Virus record (IMG/VR): IMGVR_UViG_3300027782_003987
Span: 1 to 27,068 of that record
Source of the DNA: a virus
Lineage: Duplodnaviria; Heunggongvirae; Uroviricota; Caudoviricetes
DNA: 27,068 nt
Strand: one strand, 5' to 3'
Below the pieces are notes generated by a model. It was not told the DNA's origin, ran no database searches, and was given only the letters and a program-made list of their open reading frames with translations. The position numbers and the translations under genes were made by a program. Below are positions 15,638 through 24,699 of this stretch, piece after piece (position 1 is the stretch's first letter; every line of letters begins with the position of its first letter).

Positions 15638-17521
15638 ATGGCAACTATTCCGGCATATGGATATGGATCAGGCGCTAACAACCCATCCGTGGCTCCGCGA
15701 GTTAGCGCCACAGCGTCAGGCACAGTCGCCACTGCTCCGCAGAATGCTGTGGCGGCTACTAAGACCACTACATCGTCTATTGGAACAGGGCTAGCCGCAG
15801 CATTAACAGCTTGGTCTCAGAATCAAGCCAGACTAACCGGAGCTCTTCCGGATGAGTATGTGATTAAATTTGCTGATCCAATCATAGCAAATGCCAGCAT
15901 GCTCCCGCCAGGTCCTAAAGACAAGGCATTTACTGGTGCGTCTGGCACAAACTCTGCTACCGCAAAAAAAGATCCCGATAGGCAAAGTGCTCCACTTACT
16001 CTTCGCACAAAAGGCGCCACAGCAGGTCAACAGATCATACAATTCATCGACCAGGTGGTTCGTAGTAGTACATATCTCACTGGACAACAGTTGATAATAT
16101 GGAACGACAAAAAAGGACTCTGGGAACCATCACCCACAAGAGCCGCACAAGTATTTGCCTGGTTCAATATACTATGCACAGCTGAACCTCTGAAATACGA
16201 TACCAAACGTAATGATTTTTCGTATAGAATGACTTATACTATTGTGCCATATCAAACTCCGGTAACAAGCGAGTATTTTGCTCCGGGTAAGTTTCGCGGC
16301 GCACACAAAATCTACAACTATTGGTTCACCGGGCAAAACAACTCTATACAAAATTTTAGTCAGAGTTTTAATAATCAATGGACACAAGCCATAACAGGAG
16401 TAGGAACTCGACAACAACCAAATTACAATAGCAATTTATACGTGGCTAAAAAACAGTATATGGAGGCCAGTAATCAAAGTCGCCAAGGTGGATCAAACAA
16501 AACATTTGAACCTTCGGCCAATGCTGCTGACATTTTGTATACAACAGATTCTCTCAAGATCAAACTAGATATACTAGGAGATCCTGCTTGGCTGCCATCT
16601 GCTGAATCAATCAAAAATGTGCTGCTAGGATTACAATCTGTATATGCTGATCCTTTTAACCCAGATGGTAGTATCAATGCTGTGGCCAGTGTTCCGTACT
16701 TCACATTTGCATGGAATCGTCCTGTAGACTATAATCTTGATACTGGCCTTATGGATGTGGGATTGAATAATTTCCGATCTAATTTTGTTGATCAGCAGCC
16801 TGGCCTGGCTCAAGAGTCCGTGACCTACATTTGTTTTAAAACTCGCAGTAGATTTAATCAAGGTAAATTCACGCAAGAACTTGAAGGAGTTGCATTAAAT
16901 CTAGCCCCCGGGGATGTTGCTCCCACTACTACTGTGACTACCAGCGGAATAACACCAGAAGATCGAGTGCTTTTTGAAGCCAACAACAAAATCGACACAG
17001 GCAGAGATACAGATCCTACTGCTGCAACAGCACTGGTCAACACCGTTGCGGTGAGATCAAACAGCACCACCTCTAGACTATTTGACGCCGGGCTGATACC
17101 TAGCATTGTGAGTTCTTCAAATCCAGTGCAAGCAGGAGTCAACAGTCTTAAAAATTATGCAACAAACACGCTTACCAATATTGGATCAAACTTTCTCAGA
17201 CCATACGAGCAAAAACTCAACGACACAGTGAACGGTTATGCAAAGGCCGCGGGCAATTGGTTGCAAGACTCCATCACATCTATCGCTACCCCCACACCGC
17301 GGCCGGCTATTCCACCGGAGTCATTGGTAGCTGTTGTGGGGCAGACCGACGAATTTGGCGGGTTAGAAGCGCCACCTACATTGGCAGTCAAACCAGGTGA
17401 AAATGGAGTAGGCGGATACAGCTACGAATCATATAATCTAGAACAACCGGGATTCTTAGTAGCAGACGCCGGACCTTTGCCGCAACAAGGAATAGTAGAC
17501 GACGATCAGGGCTGGGCATAA
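15638..17521 (+). CDS. Baseplate hub protein (gp27-like), C-terminal half
   Basis: Same frame as the preceding ORF. Contains KIYNYWFTGQN, LDILGDP and GKFTQELEG, resembling the ends of gp27/gpD-type hubs. SD AGAGGA 6 nt upstream. Confidence 0.55.
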   Translation: MATIPAYGYGSGANNPSVAPRVSATASGTVATAPQNAVAATKTTTSSIGTGLAAALTAWSQNQARLTGALPDEYVIKFADPIIANASMLPPGPKDKAFTGASGTNSATAKKDPDRQSAPLTLRTKGATAGQQIIQFIDQVVRSSTYLTGQQLIIWNDKKGLWEPSPTRAAQVFAWFNILCTAEPLKYDTKRNDFSYRMTYTIVPYQTPVTSEYFAPGKFRGAHKIYNYWFTGQNNSIQNFSQSFNNQWTQAITGVGTRQQPNYNSNLYVAKKQYMEASNQSRQGGSNKTFEPSANAADILYTTDSLKIKLDILGDPAWLPSAESIKNVLLGLQSVYADPFNPDGSINAVASVPYFTFAWNRPVDYNLDTGLMDVGLNNFRSNFVDQQPGLAQESVTYICFKTRSRFNQGKFTQELEGVALNLAPGDVAPTTTVTTSGITPEDRVLFEANNKIDTGRDTDPTAATALVNTVAVRSNSTTSRLFDAGLIPSIVSSSNPVQAGVNSLKNYATNTLTNIGSNFLRPYEQKLNDTVNGYAKAAGNWLQDSITSIATPTPRPAIPPESLVAVVGQTDEFGGLEAPPTLAVKPGENGVGGYSYESYNLEQPGFLVADAGPLPQQGIVDDDQGWA

Positions 17522-17537
17522 ACAGGAATCATAAACA

Positions 17538-19043
17538 ATGGCAGAAAATAATCAACAACTATCTGGACAACGGGTTAATGAAAAGTTCACACGTGGCGGT
17601 ACCCCTGCAGAGATGGGGCCATTCATTGGCGTGATCACTAACACAGTAGACCCTACCAGAGCCGGTAGATTACAAGTTCGCATAGAACAATTTAGTTCCG
17701 GTTCCGATGACAAACAAGGGCTTCGCTGGGTCAATTACCTACCACCGTTTTATGGCGCGACACAAAAATCAGGAACTACAGCAGGATTTGGCGGCTATCC
17801 AGGAAATCAACAGAGCTATGGCATGTGGTTTACTCCTCCGGACATTGGAACCAGAGTGATATGTTTCTTTGTAGAAGGTGATCCTAGCCAAGGATATTAT
17901 CTAGGTTGTATAATTGATGACAACTTGAATCATATGCTACCTGCTATAGGTGCATCCAAACAAAGTCAATATGTCACACAAAATAAAACACAAGCGGAAT
18001 ATTTCAATAATACTCCACAACTACCTGTTACAGAAATCAACACCGACAACAAAGATCTAGATGAAAATCAAAGATTCTATGATCAGCCTAAACCTGTACA
18101 CAGTTATCAAGCAGCTATCTTTTTCCAGCAAGGATTGGATCGTGATACAGAACGTGGTCCTATCATCTCAAATGCACAGCGTGAAAGTCCTAGCACCGTG
18201 TATGGTGTTTCTACTCCTGGACAACCCATCTATGAAGGCGGCTTAGATCCCAAGACCATACGCCAACGACTAAATTCAGGCACACTACGCCCAGACCAAG
18301 TTACTGTGATTGGACGTTACGGCGGACATACTCTGGTCATGGATGACGGCGATCTAGAAAACAAAAATGCATTGTTCCGATTGAGAACAAGCAAGGGTCA
18401 TCAGATCATGATGAACGATAGCGAAAACTTTTTCTATATCGGGCATGCCAATGGGCAAACTTGGATAGAACTAGGTGCCGAGGGCACAGTTGACGTTTAT
18501 TCTACTAATTCAGTAAATGTAAGAACTGAGGGCACAATTAACTTGCATGCCGACAAAGATATCAATATGTTTGCCGGGCGCAACATCAACATGAAATCAA
18601 ATGCTGCCACACACATTGGAGCAGTGACAACACTCGACATAGCCACCGAAGGATCAATGAGGATATACAGCGAAAGAGCCTTAGGGGTTCTCAGTGATGG
18701 CACCATAGCGATCTCCAGCGTGTCAGGATCGTGGAACAGCGGCAGTGCATTGAGATTGAATGCAGGCAGGATAGACTTGAATGGGCGAGCAGGTGCCACG
18801 GTGCCCAAGCCACGATTATATCCCACAACCAAGATGCCGGATACCACATTCAACAACAGCACTGGTTGGCAAGTGAAAGAACAGGGATTAGAAAGCATAG
18901 TGACTCGAGCACCCACACACGAGCCATATCCATATCACAATCAAGGAGTTCCTAACAGAGTTGATTTCACCGAAGGCCAGCCAGGGCCGGCACCGGCTGA
19001 CGTACCTGTACCTGACGGTTTTAGCATAATTAGAACAGCATGA
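17538..19043 (+). CDS. gp5: Central spike, T4 gp5/VgrG-like (OB-fold plus beta-helix, no lysozyme domain seen)
   Basis: Contains GVITNTVDPTRAGRLQVRI and GMWFTPPDIGTRVICFFVEGDPSQGYYLG, then GH-type beta repeats (GHTLVMDDG, GHQIMMND). Confidence 0.85.
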   Translation: MAENNQQLSGQRVNEKFTRGGTPAEMGPFIGVITNTVDPTRAGRLQVRIEQFSSGSDDKQGLRWVNYLPPFYGATQKSGTTAGFGGYPGNQQSYGMWFTPPDIGTRVICFFVEGDPSQGYYLGCIIDDNLNHMLPAIGASKQSQYVTQNKTQAEYFNNTPQLPVTEINTDNKDLDENQRFYDQPKPVHSYQAAIFFQQGLDRDTERGPIISNAQRESPSTVYGVSTPGQPIYEGGLDPKTIRQRLNSGTLRPDQVTVIGRYGGHTLVMDDGDLENKNALFRLRTSKGHQIMMNDSENFFYIGHANGQTWIELGAEGTVDVYSTNSVNVRTEGTINLHADKDINMFAGRNINMKSNAATHIGAVTTLDIATEGSMRIYSERALGVLSDGTIAISSVSGSWNSGSALRLNAGRIDLNGRAGATVPKPRLYPTTKMPDTTFNNSTGWQVKEQGLESIVTRAPTHEPYPYHNQGVPNRVDFTEGQPGPAPADVPVPDGFSIIRTA

Positions 19044-20776
19044 GCGTTAACAAGTCAAGCATTTGGAAATTCACTAACTCAGCGGGCGCGGCGTTTGAAG
19101 TGCAAGCCCCGGCTGGAACTAGCTACGATACTGCCTTGGCGGTATTCAATCAACAATTGAGAACAGGTGGATTGATAGGAGTTCCTGTAGGCGGATTGGT
19201 CAATGCTGTGACACAGACCGAAGGCGGATTGACAACCGCAGCGTCACAGATCAGCCCAGCAGCAGTGTCACTTGCTGCACAGATCGGAAATAATATCAAG
19301 CTACCCAATCAAGTTGGTGTGCCTCCACAGACTGCTATCACTGTGAGTGAGTTCCTTAACACTGGCGTTAGTTCTCAGACTGTGGGCAGCGTATCTACAG
19401 CACAGGTTCAAGGACTGGTAGCTACCACAGCGGCCGTGGTCAATCAATCTGCCAATGTGATAACTGCTACCAATGGGTTAGGCACCTATGGCCTCACAGC
19501 GGAACAGTTACAGACAGCAGGGTTGATCAAACCAGGCATTGCTGATCAGGTAAAACAAGATCCAGCCAACGCTGTTAGCATCCTCAGTAGTCCTACCAGC
19601 TGGACAGGAAAACAAGGAGCCACAGATATACAAACCATACTTGATGATGTAAATCTACAGACATCCACACAACAAAATCTCATGAGCAATAGTTATGAAC
19701 AACTCAAACAGAATGGAACACTTAATGGTAACGAATCAGCAGAGTCAGTGGGTCCTCTGGTAAATGCAGCAACCAAATATGGTGTAGAGCCAACTACTCA
19801 GTGGTTGAACAACAATGCTCCGGCCAATATAACCACTCAGATTAGTAATTTTGTAAATTCATCAACTTATGGTAGCACATTTGGAGTTAAGAATCAAAAC
19901 ATAGCTGTGGGGATTGGAGCTCTTTCTTTAGGAGTTGTGATAGCCAAGGGATATGTAAACACGGTCAACAGACAGAATTTGAATCAAGCCACAACAGCAG
20001 TGATCGGAAATCCAAAAATACCAACACCAAATTTTCCAAGTGCCGGTGCTTCTACATCTAGAATATCAGACTCTGCTGTCCAAAGTGCAGTCACAACCGC
20101 GGTAGCTGCTCTTAGTAGTGTGAGCCCGGCTCAAGCCATCGCAGCAGTAAATCAAGAGATAACAAGATCCGGGGGATCTCCAATCTCTGTGGGGTATGGC
20201 GGTATATTACGCACCGCCGATGGATCCCCTGTGCTTAGTGGAGATGGAAAACCGGTTACTGTTGGTGGCGAAAATACTACATTAGGTAGCGGAATCACCT
20301 CCGCAGACAAGGCAGCTATGTTTGGAGGTGCCGCTGGTGGAACAGTGGCCGGCACTGGACAAAACGCCACTCCTGCCGCTGGATCAATTGGCCAATCACT
20401 GTCACAAGCAGTATCGTCATTAGCCAAGGCCGCAAAAGAAAATCCTAATTTTACTAAAGTAGCTCTGGGATTACTTGGTCCTGCTGGGTTCGTTTTAGGG
20501 CTGGCCCTTAAGGTCACAACAACTGTGGCACCGGCCGTGGCACCAACAACAACAGATTCATTCCCCAGTGCAGCCGATTTTGAGGCCACTGATTGGTCCA
20601 AGGAAGCTGAAGCTGAAAATTCTGTGGTTCCATCCAGCGAGCAAAAATCAGCAGATGCAGCACAGTTTGGTGGACCCGGTCCTGACGGTAATGGCGCAGA
20701 AGGATCTTATAGTAACAGTTTACGTGACTCACCTAGCGATAGCGATCCTAGTGGTGGTGGCGACGGTCCTCCATAA
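19040..20776 (+). CDS. Baseplate-associated protein with a lysozyme-like domain and a G/A/S/T-rich tail
   Basis: GLGTYGLTAEQLQTAGLIKPG...WTGKQG...LQ..TQQ.LM..SYEQL resembles the C-lobe of phage lysozyme-like domains. ATGA overlap with the spike gene. Confidence 0.5.
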   Translation: MSVNKSSIWKFTNSAGAAFEVQAPAGTSYDTALAVFNQQLRTGGLIGVPVGGLVNAVTQTEGGLTTAASQISPAAVSLAAQIGNNIKLPNQVGVPPQTAITVSEFLNTGVSSQTVGSVSTAQVQGLVATTAAVVNQSANVITATNGLGTYGLTAEQLQTAGLIKPGIADQVKQDPANAVSILSSPTSWTGKQGATDIQTILDDVNLQTSTQQNLMSNSYEQLKQNGTLNGNESAESVGPLVNAATKYGVEPTTQWLNNNAPANITTQISNFVNSSTYGSTFGVKNQNIAVGIGALSLGVVIAKGYVNTVNRQNLNQATTAVIGNPKIPTPNFPSAGASTSRISDSAVQSAVTTAVAALSSVSPAQAIAAVNQEITRSGGSPISVGYGGILRTADGSPVLSGDGKPVTVGGENTTLGSGITSADKAAMFGGAAGGTVAGTGQNATPAAGSIGQSLSQAVSSLAKAAKENPNFTKVALGLLGPAGFVLGLALKVTTTVAPAVAPTTTDSFPSAADFEATDWSKEAEAENSVVPSSEQKSADAAQFGGPGPDGNGAEGSYSNSLRDSPSDSDPSGGGDGPP

Positions 20777-20794
20777 GGGTGGTTCAAGGTTGAC

Positions 20795-20800
20795 TAAATA
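20795..20800 (+). promoter_or_regulatory. Late promoter motif TAAATA upstream of gp25
   Basis: TAAATA-tcaac-ATG(20806), with no SD. Confidence 0.65.
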
Positions 20801-20805
20801 TCAAC

Positions 20806-21180
20806 ATGGCCACATTCATTGGATTTAACACACAAAATCAGTATAAAAAGTTCACGCTGACCGATACTGACCTGATCAAACGCGATCTGCTAAACGCTTT
20901 TAATATCACACAGGGACAATTACCCGGACGTCCTAGTTACGGAACCACATTGTGGGATCTACTGTTTGAAAATCAAGATCAGACTACTAATGCCGCTATC
21001 ATGCGAGAACTACAACGGGTGGCGTCAGGCGATCCACGAGTTCTTATTTCTGATATGAACATTTTTCCTCAGGAAAATGGTATCTTGATTGAATTAGAAA
21101 TACAATTTGTTCCAAACGCCGATGCCCAACTACTCAGCGTGTTCTTTGATCAACAACAAAGAATGGCGAATTTCGCATAA
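20806..21180 (+). CDS. gp25: Baseplate wedge subunit, T4 gp25-like
   Basis: 124 aa with LIKRDLLNAF...GQLPGRPSYGT.LW.LLFE and DPRV. Confidence 0.9.
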   Translation: MATFIGFNTQNQYKKFTLTDTDLIKRDLLNAFNITQGQLPGRPSYGTTLWDLLFENQDQTTNAAIMRELQRVASGDPRVLISDMNIFPQENGILIELEIQFVPNADAQLLSVFFDQQQRMANFA

Positions 21181-21202
21181 AAGCAGCCGTTTATATTTGC
21201 GG

Positions 21203-21208
21203 TAAATA
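21203..21208 (+). promoter_or_regulatory. Late promoter motif TAAATA upstream of gp6
   Basis: Located in the 48 nt gap, 20 nt before ATG 21229. Confidence 0.55.
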
Positions 21209-21228
21209 ACAGATAACAATGGACGATC

Positions 21229-24200
21229 ATGGCACGCACCACTAGACAAACAGTTGTATTCGGAGTAGAAGACTGGAAACGCATCTACCAGACTTATAGA
21301 GAAGCGGACTTCCAAAGCTACGACTTTGAAGCACTTCGTAAAAGTTTCGTAGACTATCTACGTCAATACTACCCGGAAACTTTCAACGACTATATTGAGT
21401 CATCAGAATTTATAGCCTTGCTGGATGTGATTGCATTCATGGGACAATCGCTAAGTTTTCGTAACGATCTCAACACCAGAGAAAACTACATAGACACAGC
21501 TGAACGTAGAGACAGCGTGGTTCGACTGGCCAGTCTAGTAAGCTATACTGCCAAACGTAATACTGCTGCCAGCGGGTATCTTAAAGTATTCAGTGTGCAG
21601 ACCACTGAAAATGTCACTGATATCAATGGTATTGATCTCGCAGGCGCTACTATAACCTGGAATGATCCAACCAATTTCAATTGGGCAGAACAATTTACCG
21701 CAGTAATCAATGCTGCTCTGGTAGATACTCAACGTGTGGGGCATCCGGGAAATCAGTCTACAGTAGTAGGCATAGATACCAATGAATATACCTTGAATCT
21801 TGTTCCTGGATTCATACCTGTGGTACCTTATACCGCCACAGTGGATGGAGTAAACATGCCATTTGAGGTAGTGAATTCCACATCAGTAGGTACACCCAAC
21901 ACCGCACCATTTGTTTATGAACCAGCACCACGGCCAAATGGACAATTTAATGTATTGTTCCGCAACGATCAAATAGGTTTTGATAGTGCAAATACAGGAT
22001 TTTTCTTTTATTTTAAACAAGGTGTATTGCAGAATCAAGATTTTAATCTAGCTGAACGCATACCCAATCGCACAGTGAATATCAACATCGAAGGTGTTAA
22101 CAATACGGATCGTTGGTTATTTCAGTTAGACAATGTGGGCACTATAACCGGCGAATGGCGTTACGTGGAATCGGTTTATGCTGCGGCACAAGAACAACTG
22201 GCACCAGATCAAAGAAAACTGTATTCAACATTGAGCAGGGCAAACGATCAAATCACATTGACGTTTGGTGATGGTGTGTTTTCATCTATTCCTGTGGGAT
22301 TGTTCCGTTCCTATGTACGTGCCAGCAATGGTCTCACATACATCATCAATCCTGAAGAAATGCAAAGTGTGATCGTTCCTATCACCTATGTCAGTAGATC
22401 AGGACAATTACAGACGATTACATTCACTTGTGGCATCACCAGTCCTGTGAGCAATGCTCAGGCCAGAGAAACACTAGATGAGATCAAGCAACGTGCTCCG
22501 GCTAGATATTACACACAAAATCGCATGGTCAATGGCGAGGATTACACAAACTTTCCGTTTACACAATACAATTCAATCATCAAGAGCTATGCATTGAATC
22601 GTGCCAGTATTGGCACCAGCCGATATCTTGATCTAGTAGATAACACCGGCAAATATAGCTCAACAAATATATTTTCTTCTGACGGTGCTCTTTGGGAAGA
22701 AAATCTATTACCCTCGTTCTTCTTTACCTGGGTCACAACCAACGAAGTGGCCAGCGTGGTTGCCAATCAGATACAACCAATATTAGCAAACAACGAATTC
22801 ACACAGTTCTACTATGCCAACTTCACTAGACCTGATTTAGCGGTGTTGAATCTTTCTTGGATTCAGAGCACCACATTGGCCAATGAAACCACTGGGTATT
22901 TTAAAAATTCGTTAGGATTTCCTGCCGCACTGGGCACTTATTCTAGCACCAATGCAAAGTTTATCACTGTAGGTAGTTTGATAAAATTTGCTGCACCTGT
23001 TGGATATTTCTTTGATACTAACAACAGATTGAAGCTAGGGGTACCCACATTGGCTAACGAACGATACTCGTTCTGGGCCAGTCCATTAAGTATCTATCTG
23101 GATGGCACCAACCAAGGTATAGGTAATTTTGTCAATGGTACCGGGCCCGTGGCGTTGAATGTATTTGTTCCCACTGGCGCTATACCAGAAGTAGTGATTC
23201 CAATCTTGGTCACTACATTGTCTACCACTTTGCAAAATGACATTGTGAATCAGATTCTATTGTATAGAAATTTTGGATTAGGGTATGACAACACCGGTAG
23301 TATTACCGGTACACCATTTACTTGGTATCTGATCACCAGCACAAATCTAGCAGTAGATGCTGATTTCAGCTTGGACAATGCTGGTAACACAACCGGTACA
23401 AATCAAGACGCTTCGTGGGTAATACAAGCAGTAAACAACGGATCAAAATACACTGTGAGCAGCCGTGCTCTATCTTACAATTTTGGATCGGTATTACAGA
23501 CTAGATTCTTCTTTGAAAATGGCAATCGTATCTATGACCCTAGACTAGGTAGTGTGATTAGTGATTTTGTCAATGTATTGAAGTCCAATAGCTTACCTGA
23601 TTCAAACAGCCCACTGCCAACTGACGTCTATCTCAAGATTATTGGACAACCTGTGCAAGTTGATGGCCTGGTGAATGATTTCCAAGTTGTTGTGAGCTAC
23701 GAAGATCTTAACAATGACGGTATCACAGATGATCCTGATTTTTTCAACGAGATTGTGTCACCCGATGTAAATCCCAATTTAAAATATGTGTTCTTTGAGA
23801 AAACTGTGGATTTCAACAATCTACAACGCTATCTTTTAGTTGGAACAGACCGAGTGACCAGCCAATATGCCACACTGGATGATATCGAAGCAGTCAAGAC
23901 GGAATATGTGATTGGTAAGATTTTTTATGCTTACAGTCAGATTATCAACACTGGCCCATTAGCAGGGCAAATTGGCGCGTTCTATCAATTGGTAATCGAT
24001 GTGTATGGGGTTCGCAGTTTAATTGACGTTTCAATCGAATGGCAAGCCAGAGTAGGCCGCGGCGGACTGTATTTCCAATACAGACATAATGCTCCGCTGG
24101 CAGACAGAATTGACCCAGGAACCACAAACATCATTGATTTGTATCTGGTTACACAGGCTTATTATACTGCTTATCAAAATTGGATCACCGACAGCACAGG

Positions 24201-24699
24201 CACAGTTCCTGAACCTGATGTGCCCACCATTGATCAACTGACCACATCATATCAAGGGCTTGACAATTTTAAGATGATTTCTGATAACATAGTTTTAAAC
24301 TCAGTGACATTCAAACCATTGTTTGGACCCAAGGCAGACGAAAATCTACGCGCCACAATCAAAGTCATCCGTGCTGCTAATTCAACTGCCAGCGTGAGCG
24401 AAATTAAAACTTTGGTAGTAGCCAACCTCAATCAATACTTTGACATTGCTATTTGGAATTTTGGTGATACTTTTTACTTCTCTGAATTAGCAGCTTATAT
24501 CCATAGGAACATGGGAGGTATAGTGAGTTCTGTGGTATTAGTGCCAGTTGATCCTGACAGATACTTTGGTGATTTGTATGAGATACGATCTGCACCTAAT
24601 GAAATATTTGTCAATGCTGCTGGAGTAAGTTCAGTGGAAGTGATCACTGCATTGACATCGACTAATATCAAAACTGCCCCAGGAAGTGGAGTGATTTAA
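21229..24699 (+). CDS. gp6: Baseplate wedge protein, T4 gp6-like, long form
   Basis: 1156 aa with DFQSYDFEALRKSF.DYL, SSEFIALLDVIAF, TAERRDSVVRLA.LVSY, ITLTFGDG, ETLDEIKQRAP..Y.TQNRMV..EDY and NFGDTFYFSEL. Confidence 0.92.
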   Translation: MARTTRQTVVFGVEDWKRIYQTYREADFQSYDFEALRKSFVDYLRQYYPETFNDYIESSEFIALLDVIAFMGQSLSFRNDLNTRENYIDTAERRDSVVRLASLVSYTAKRNTAASGYLKVFSVQTTENVTDINGIDLAGATITWNDPTNFNWAEQFTAVINAALVDTQRVGHPGNQSTVVGIDTNEYTLNLVPGFIPVVPYTATVDGVNMPFEVVNSTSVGTPNTAPFVYEPAPRPNGQFNVLFRNDQIGFDSANTGFFFYFKQGVLQNQDFNLAERIPNRTVNINIEGVNNTDRWLFQLDNVGTITGEWRYVESVYAAAQEQLAPDQRKLYSTLSRANDQITLTFGDGVFSSIPVGLFRSYVRASNGLTYIINPEEMQSVIVPITYVSRSGQLQTITFTCGITSPVSNAQARETLDEIKQRAPARYYTQNRMVNGEDYTNFPFTQYNSIIKSYALNRASIGTSRYLDLVDNTGKYSSTNIFSSDGALWEENLLPSFFFTWVTTNEVASVVANQIQPILANNEFTQFYYANFTRPDLAVLNLSWIQSTTLANETTGYFKNSLGFPAALGTYSSTNAKFITVGSLIKFAAPVGYFFDTNNRLKLGVPTLANERYSFWASPLSIYLDGTNQGIGNFVNGTGPVALNVFVPTGAIPEVVIPILVTTLSTTLQNDIVNQILLYRNFGLGYDNTGSITGTPFTWYLITSTNLAVDADFSLDNAGNTTGTNQDASWVIQAVNNGSKYTVSSRALSYNFGSVLQTRFFFENGNRIYDPRLGSVISDFVNVLKSNSLPDSNSPLPTDVYLKIIGQPVQVDGLVNDFQVVVSYEDLNNDGITDDPDFFNEIVSPDVNPNLKYVFFEKTVDFNNLQRYLLVGTDRVTSQYATLDDIEAVKTEYVIGKIFYAYSQIINTGPLAGQIGAFYQLVIDVYGVRSLIDVSIEWQARVGRGGLYFQYRHNAPLADRIDPGTTNIIDLYLVTQAYYTAYQNWITDSTGTVPEPDVPTIDQLTTSYQGLDNFKMISDNIVLNSVTFKPLFGPKADENLRATIKVIRAANSTASVSEIKTLVVANLNQYFDIAIWNFGDTFYFSELAAYIHRNMGGIVSSVVLVPVDPDRYFGDLYEIRSAPNEIFVNAAGVSSVEVITALTSTNIKTAPGSGVI

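Noticed and set aside
17517-17537. Direct repeat CATAAACA x2 before the spike gene
   Set aside because: It is only 8 nt in AT-rich sequence. It is one mismatch from ATAAATA, but chance cannot be excluded.
12546-20601. Minus-strand ORFs such as 12546..13094, 18497..18916 and 20152..20601
   Set aside because: They are antisense to Ala/Gly-rich structural genes, whose codon bias explains the lack of stops.
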